This document shows, piece after piece, positions 59,591 to 64,000 of a stretch of 64,000 nt of DNA. Below the pieces are notes generated by a model. It ran no database searches. It was not told the origin of the DNA and saw nothing but the letters and a program-made list of their open reading frames with translations. The stretch comes from Sphingomonadaceae bacterium (GTDB lineage: Bacteria > Pseudomonadota > Alphaproteobacteria > Sphingomonadales > Sphingomonadaceae): NCBI GenBank assembly GCA_009920915.1, contig RFZB01000001.1, forward strand, positions 2,025 through 66,024, read 5' to 3'. The translations under genes and the position numbers were made by a program. Position 1 is the first letter of the stretch, and each line of letters opens with the position of its first letter.

Positions 59591-62260
59591 TTACATCTTG
59601 TAAGACAAGCGCAGGCCGATCGTCCTTGGGCGTGACGTGGTCACGCGCAATTCACCATCATTGCCGCTCTTGAAGAGCTCCGGCTTGGCGTTGGTCATGT
59701 TTTCGCCAAACAGCTCAATCGTCCAATTGTCACGGCCAGCGCCAATGGCGGCATTGACCATGGTATAGGCCTTTTGGTCTTCCGACGCACGAACCGGAAC
59801 GATCACGTCACCCGGCTTCACAGTTACGCCGTTATAAACAACGGGAACCTGTGCGACATAACCCAAATGGGCGTTGAAGGTCGGGAACTTGATGTCAACA
59901 TTGTCAAACACCGTTGAGATGCTCTTGCCGACATAGTTCACGCCAGCCTGCACATAAGGACGCAGGCCCGAGGTGGTTTCCCACTCATAACGACCGCGAA
60001 TATTGCCCTGGAATTTGGGGCTCAGCGCAAGCGGGCTGCCAACGGGGCGAAGAACTGAGGCGTTCTTGAGCCATTTTGTCAGCTTCGAGTCATTATAAGA
60101 GAATGCGGAATTGATCGTGAACTCGGGCGTTGCACGCCAAGTCACATCACCTTCAAGACCGCGGATCCGGGCGTTTGTGAAGTTCGTCGTGAACGTCTGG
60201 TTAGAGATGTTCTGATCGAAAATCGTCTGCTGAATGTTCGTCCAATCAATTTGATAGGCCGCAAAATTCAGCTGCATCCGACGATTAAGCAGCGGGAATT
60301 TACCGCCGATTTCATAGTTCTTCACTTCATCCGGAACATAATATTTCAGGCCGTCGCACGCCGCAGTTGTGGCGTTACACGGCTTGCGGTTGAACCCGCC
60401 CGGACGGAAGCCTTCCGAATAGGTTGCATAGACCAGCCCGCCATTGTCGAGCTTGTAGGTCACGTTCCCCTTGAAGATGAAGCCATTATATTTGGCAGGC
60501 GACAGGCCCTTCAACGTCTGGCGAAGATCAGCCGAGATGTTGTAGGTCCGCGGCGGATTTGCACCTGCCGTATAGGTTCCCGTTGCCGGGTTATACACAG
60601 CGCGTGAACCACCAAAGCTACCATTTGACGAACCAACCATTGAGGCCTTTTCGTCATAATAACGTGCACCACCGGCGACCGTCAGCTTTTCCGGAATAAG
60701 GTCGTAAGATACTTCGCCATAGGCGGCCATCTGACGGTCTTTGCGTACGACATCGTTGAAGAAGCCAACTTTGACCGGCTTTACGCCGCCATCAAGCGGT
60801 TGGACCGAAGGATTGGCCGAACGCGGATAGATGAAGCCAGCGGCTGTCTGGAGATACGACCAATCGGTGTTATCTTCGAGACGCAGATCGTCATAGAACA
60901 AGCCAGCCGTTGTCCGGAACCGGTTTTCTGCTGGCGACGTAACGCGAAACTCTTGCGTGAAACGCTTGGTTTTGTTGCGTACCGAATAGCTCTTATTGGG
61001 AGCATAGCAGGTCTTGCCGATGTTTCCGTTGTAAGCGGCCGTGTAATAAACACCGCGATCGCACTCATAATATGGCAGATAGAGGCCGATATTGGAGTAA
61101 GATGCATAATCCGCCACCTGACGGGCATCATGCTTCAAGAACGACCCTGTATAGATCATGTCCAAGGTGCCGAGACGGCCATTCACCGTCCACGTCGTTT
61201 CCGAGAACTTATCTTTCAACTTGTTGGCGCCAAACTGTGTGACCTTCATCGGGCCAACAGCGGGCTCATAATCAAACACGCCATCCGTATCGAGCTGCTG
61301 GCGCATGTGCATCAGGTCAATCGACCAATCATCATTCACTTGATAGGTCGCAGCGATGCGGCCGCCAGAATAGGTGGCGTCGTTGTAGTTATTCTCAACA
61401 AACGCATCGTTGTTGATCGTCTGACGGGTCGGTGCAACATAGGTTGAGCCGGTGCAGTTCACGACACCCGTACAAGACTGGATCGCGCGCAGAACGAGCA
61501 GCGGGTTACCTGTTGGCAACTTGCCGGCAACGCCCACATTGCCATTGAACGGCATCTGATAGGTCGCAGCGACGTTATCAATGTACCCGCCCTGACGGTC
61601 CGAATAGGCGACCAAGCGGATCGCGAACTTGTCCTTGATGACAGGAATGTTCACAAAGCCATTAACGCCTGTGCTTTCTTCGCCACCCTTGGTGAACGAG
61701 TGGCTCGTGTTCACGCCAACGCCAAAATCGCTGAGATTCGGCTTGTTGGTGATGTAACGAATGGCGCCGCCCATTGCGCTGGCGCCGAACAAGGTGCCCT
61801 GCGGCCCCGCCAGCACTTCGACGCGCTGAAGGTCTACCGCGTACACATCAAGGTTACGGCCAACGAGCGATGCCGGCGCGTCATTCACATAAAGCGCGAC
61901 GCTGGGGCTGACCCCGGCGGTCCCGTTAATCTGAATGCCTGCAGTGTCCGTTGAAAGGCCACGAATATAGATTGAGGATGTGCCAGGGCCACGCGATGCC
62001 GCGCGAACATTAGGCAGATATTCGACAAGATCGTCAAAGTTCGCGACGTTCAAGCTCGAGAGGCTGTCGCCACTCAAAGCTTGGATTGCCAGCGGCACCT
62101 TGTTGATGGCTTCTTCACGACGCGTAGCCGTCACAACGATGTCGGGAATCGCACCATCGTCGCTTGTTGCGTTGCTATCCTGCGCAAAGGCTGGGCCGCT
62201 GCCCGCGCCAAATGCGGCAAGAACGATTGTCGCTGTTGATAATTTTAGTAGTGCTTTCAA
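59591..62260 (-). CDS. TonB-dependent outer-membrane receptor
   Basis: TTG start after AAGGGAGA, signal peptide ending AFAQ, TonB box DIVVTATRR, plug motifs IYIRG and VEVLAGPQGTLFGA, and a beta-barrel C-terminus PRTIGLRLSYKM. Confidence 0.95.
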   Translation of the reverse strand: MKALLKLSTATIVLAAFGAGSGPAFAQDSNATSDDGAIPDIVVTATRREEAINKVPLAIQALSGDSLSSLNVANFDDLVEYLPNVRAASRGPGTSSIYIRGLSTDTAGIQINGTAGVSPSVALYVNDAPASLVGRNLDVYAVDLQRVEVLAGPQGTLFGASAMGGAIRYITNKPNLSDFGVGVNTSHSFTKGGEESTGVNGFVNIPVIKDKFAIRLVAYSDRQGGYIDNVAATYQMPFNGNVGVAGKLPTGNPLLVLRAIQSCTGVVNCTGSTYVAPTRQTINNDAFVENNYNDATYSGGRIAATYQVNDDWSIDLMHMRQQLDTDGVFDYEPAVGPMKVTQFGANKLKDKFSETTWTVNGRLGTLDMIYTGSFLKHDARQVADYASYSNIGLYLPYYECDRGVYYTAAYNGNIGKTCYAPNKSYSVRNKTKRFTQEFRVTSPAENRFRTTAGLFYDDLRLEDNTDWSYLQTAAGFIYPRSANPSVQPLDGGVKPVKVGFFNDVVRKDRQMAAYGEVSYDLIPEKLTVAGGARYYDEKASMVGSSNGSFGGSRAVYNPATGTYTAGANPPRTYNISADLRQTLKGLSPAKYNGFIFKGNVTYKLDNGGLVYATYSEGFRPGGFNRKPCNATTAACDGLKYYVPDEVKNYEIGGKFPLLNRRMQLNFAAYQIDWTNIQQTIFDQNISNQTFTTNFTNARIRGLEGDVTWRATPEFTINSAFSYNDSKLTKWLKNASVLRPVGSPLALSPKFQGNIRGRYEWETTSGLRPYVQAGVNYVGKSISTVFDNVDIKFPTFNAHLGYVAQVPVVYNGVTVKPGDVIVPVRASEDQKAYTMVNAAIGAGRDNWTIELFGENMTNAKPELFKSGNDGELRVTTSRPRTIGLRLSYKM

Positions 62261-62370
62261 AGCCTCTCTCCCCTTTTAATCAGACCGCCTATCTACACGA
62301 TACACGGCAATCCCACACGCGATAGTTTATTTTTATCCAGAGTCAGACGTGAAGCCCGATCCGAGGGCCA

Positions 62371-62410
62371 ACAAATGAAGATTTTTTTGACAACGGTAAA
62401 TTAAATTACT
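62371..62410 (-). promoter_or_regulatory. tandem LysR-type operator upstream of the TonB receptor (divergent from purU)
   Basis: The minus strand reads AGTAATTTAATTTACC...AAAAAAATCTTCATTTGT. It shares a 14-mer with 51876 and 21-bp site spacing with 48337. Confidence 0.6.
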
Positions 62411-62530
62411 TCGGCAATCACGATATCTTCAGCCACCAATTAGATGACCTAATGCGGGGTTCTGAGCGTTGGAAATCCGGCAATGAGATAGGTAGTCGAA
62501 TAAAAAAAGAATTTTAATCGGGGGAGCCTC

Positions 62531-63388
62531 ATGGCGACAGATGCAGATTTTGTCCTGCTGATTTCAAGCGATGACCGCAAAGGTATTGTTGCGGCAGTCG
62601 CAAATTCGATTGTGAGCCAGGACTGCAACATCGTTGAAAGCGCGCAATTTGGCGATGCGTCAACGGGTCGCTTTTTCATGCGCGTGGCGTTTAGCGTCCC
62701 TGCCGGCATGACTTTGGATATGTTTTCAGAGGTTTTTCTGCCGGTCGCGACAGCTTTCCGGCTTGATTGGCGCGTTCATGATCTGAGCCACAAGCTGCGC
62801 GCTATGATCATGGTCAGCCAAGGCGGGCATTGCCTGAACGACTTGCTGTATCGGACATCAACCAACAGGTTGCGGATTGACGTTACCAGCATCGTTTCAA
62901 ACCATCTGACATGGCAACGCCGGGCCGACCATGAAGGGGTGCCTTTCCATCATCTTCCAATTACGCCCGAGAACAAGCTTGAGCAGGAAGCCAAGCTATT
63001 GGCGATGGTGGAAGAGCAGCAGGTCGATCTGATTATTTTGGCGCGCTATATGCAGGTTCTATCAGACCAGCTTTGCCAGAAGTTAGATGGTCGCGTGATT
63101 AACATTCACCACAGCTTTTTGCCTGGGTTTAAAGGGGCTAAACCCTATCACCGGGCGCATGAGCGCGGCGTAAAAATGGTCGGCGCAACAGCGCATTATG
63201 TAACGGCAGATTTGGACGAGGGGCCAATCATCACCCAAGACGTGTCCGTTGTTGACCACGCAGACACCGTGGATGATTTGATTGCACAGGGCCAAGATAC
63301 CGAAAGCCGGGTTTTGGCGCGGGCTGTGAAGCTGCACAGCGAGCATCGGGTCCTGCTGAATGGCAACCGAACCGTTATCTTTAAATAG
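62531..63388 (+). CDS. purU: formyltetrahydrofolate deformylase
   Basis: N-terminal ACT domain DRKGIVAAV...FFMRV, VSQGGHCLNDLL, LARYMQVLS, INIHHSFLPGFKGAKPY and GATAHYVTADLDEGPII. Confidence 0.96.
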   Translation: MATDADFVLLISSDDRKGIVAAVANSIVSQDCNIVESAQFGDASTGRFFMRVAFSVPAGMTLDMFSEVFLPVATAFRLDWRVHDLSHKLRAMIMVSQGGHCLNDLLYRTSTNRLRIDVTSIVSNHLTWQRRADHEGVPFHHLPITPENKLEQEAKLLAMVEEQQVDLIILARYMQVLSDQLCQKLDGRVINIHHSFLPGFKGAKPYHRAHERGVKMVGATAHYVTADLDEGPIITQDVSVVDHADTVDDLIAQGQDTESRVLARAVKLHSEHRVLLNGNRTVIFK

Positions 63389-63397
63389 GAGGCGCTG

Positions 63398-63895
63398 GTG
63401 TCACGAGAGCATCAAATGATGGCCTCGCTGGCGGACTTTGGCGTGGCTGTGGCGGTTCATGAACATGAGGCGGTCTACACGGTTGAGGAGAGCGCTGTCC
63501 TTCATGCAGAAATTGCGGGGGATCACACAAAAAATCTCTTCTTGAAGGACGCAGGCGGGGCGTTTTGGCTGGTGACAGCGCCGCATGATAAGCGTGTAGA
63601 CTTGAAAGCGCTTCCTGCCGTCATGGGATCAAAAAAGCTTAGCTTTGGCAAGGCGGAAGATATGGAGCGGCTATTGGGTGTGACACCAGGCTCGGTAACC
63701 CCGCTCGCAGCGTTTAATGACCAAGAGGCAAAGGTAAGGGTGGTCCTCGATCGTCCCTTGGCGGTGTCTGGCTGCATGAATGTGCATCCGCTGCGCAATA
63801 CAGCCACGCTAAGCATTGCCGGGCCAGATTTGATCAAGTTTTTGGCCAAGCACCAGCATGAGGTGTTGGTTGTTGATGTGCCAGAGCCTCAATAA
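63398..63895 (+). CDS. YbaK/ProX-superfamily aminoacyl-tRNA trans-editing domain (PrdX / ProXp-ala-like)
   Basis: HEAVYTVEE, HTKNLFLKD, LSFG...LLGVTPGSVTPLA and NVHPLRNTAT. GTG start after GGAGG, 9 bp after purU. Confidence 0.9.
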   Translation: MSREHQMMASLADFGVAVAVHEHEAVYTVEESAVLHAEIAGDHTKNLFLKDAGGAFWLVTAPHDKRVDLKALPAVMGSKKLSFGKAEDMERLLGVTPGSVTPLAAFNDQEAKVRVVLDRPLAVSGCMNVHPLRNTATLSIAGPDLIKFLAKHQHEVLVVDVPEPQ

Positions 63896-64000
63896 TGTGG
63901 CCACGCTATTGGATGGACGTTGTCGGCGTGGCTGTGTTAGCCCATTGGCTGGACTAACGAAGCCATAAATATCTGCAGATTCTTGAAGTTAAAGATAAGG

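Noticed and set aside
62295-62319. Three ACACG words in the TonB receptor leader
   Set aside because: They are short and irregularly spaced with no recognisable riboswitch or structure, and are compatible with chance.
14-63849. The many alternative-frame and antisense ORFs in the track (for example 14-751, 16235-17017, 25471-26475, 32483-33337, 45570-46589, 58384-59232)
   Set aside because: They overlap well-supported genes, have no recognisable motifs, and are the expected shadows of GC-rich coding sequence.
1-64000. CRISPR arrays, tRNA/rRNA, IS elements, integrases or phage genes marking the island as mobile
   Set aside because: None was seen. Intergenic gaps are short, there are no repeat-spacer arrays or flanking direct repeats, and I noticed no obvious compositional break.

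Overview
This is 64 kb of densely coding bacterial chromosome with about 47 genes. Gene content points to an alphaproteobacterium, probably Sphingomonadales (inference). I found no rRNA, tRNA, CRISPR array, transposase or integrase. The first 6 kb holds a type III PKS / methyltransferase / flavoprotein trio, a signal-peptide-bearing M17 aminopeptidase and a broken amidohydrolase. The rest (about 6.2-63.4 kb) is a large island for catabolism of N-methylated/quaternary amines. It encodes three Rieske oxygenase alpha subunits with no reductase in the window, three GcvT-domain dimethylglycine/sarcosine-dehydrogenase-like flavoproteins, and two soxBDAG sets (soxA of the second has an internal deletion and frameshift). 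It also encodes betA with a BCCT transporter, an HcnB/C- or opine-oxidase-like pair, a PLP gamma-lyase, an MdeB-like E1 with Lrp, a GabP-like permease with an omega-transaminase, a TonB receptor / TPR-sulfotransferase / MFS / ALDH / enolase-superfamily / GMC module, three LysR regulators with visible operators, and purU-proX. One operon explains choline -> glycine. The other modules look like uncharacterised pathways for other betaines. My best but unproven hypothesis is catabolism of betaine-lipid head groups such as trimethyl-homoserine from DGTS.
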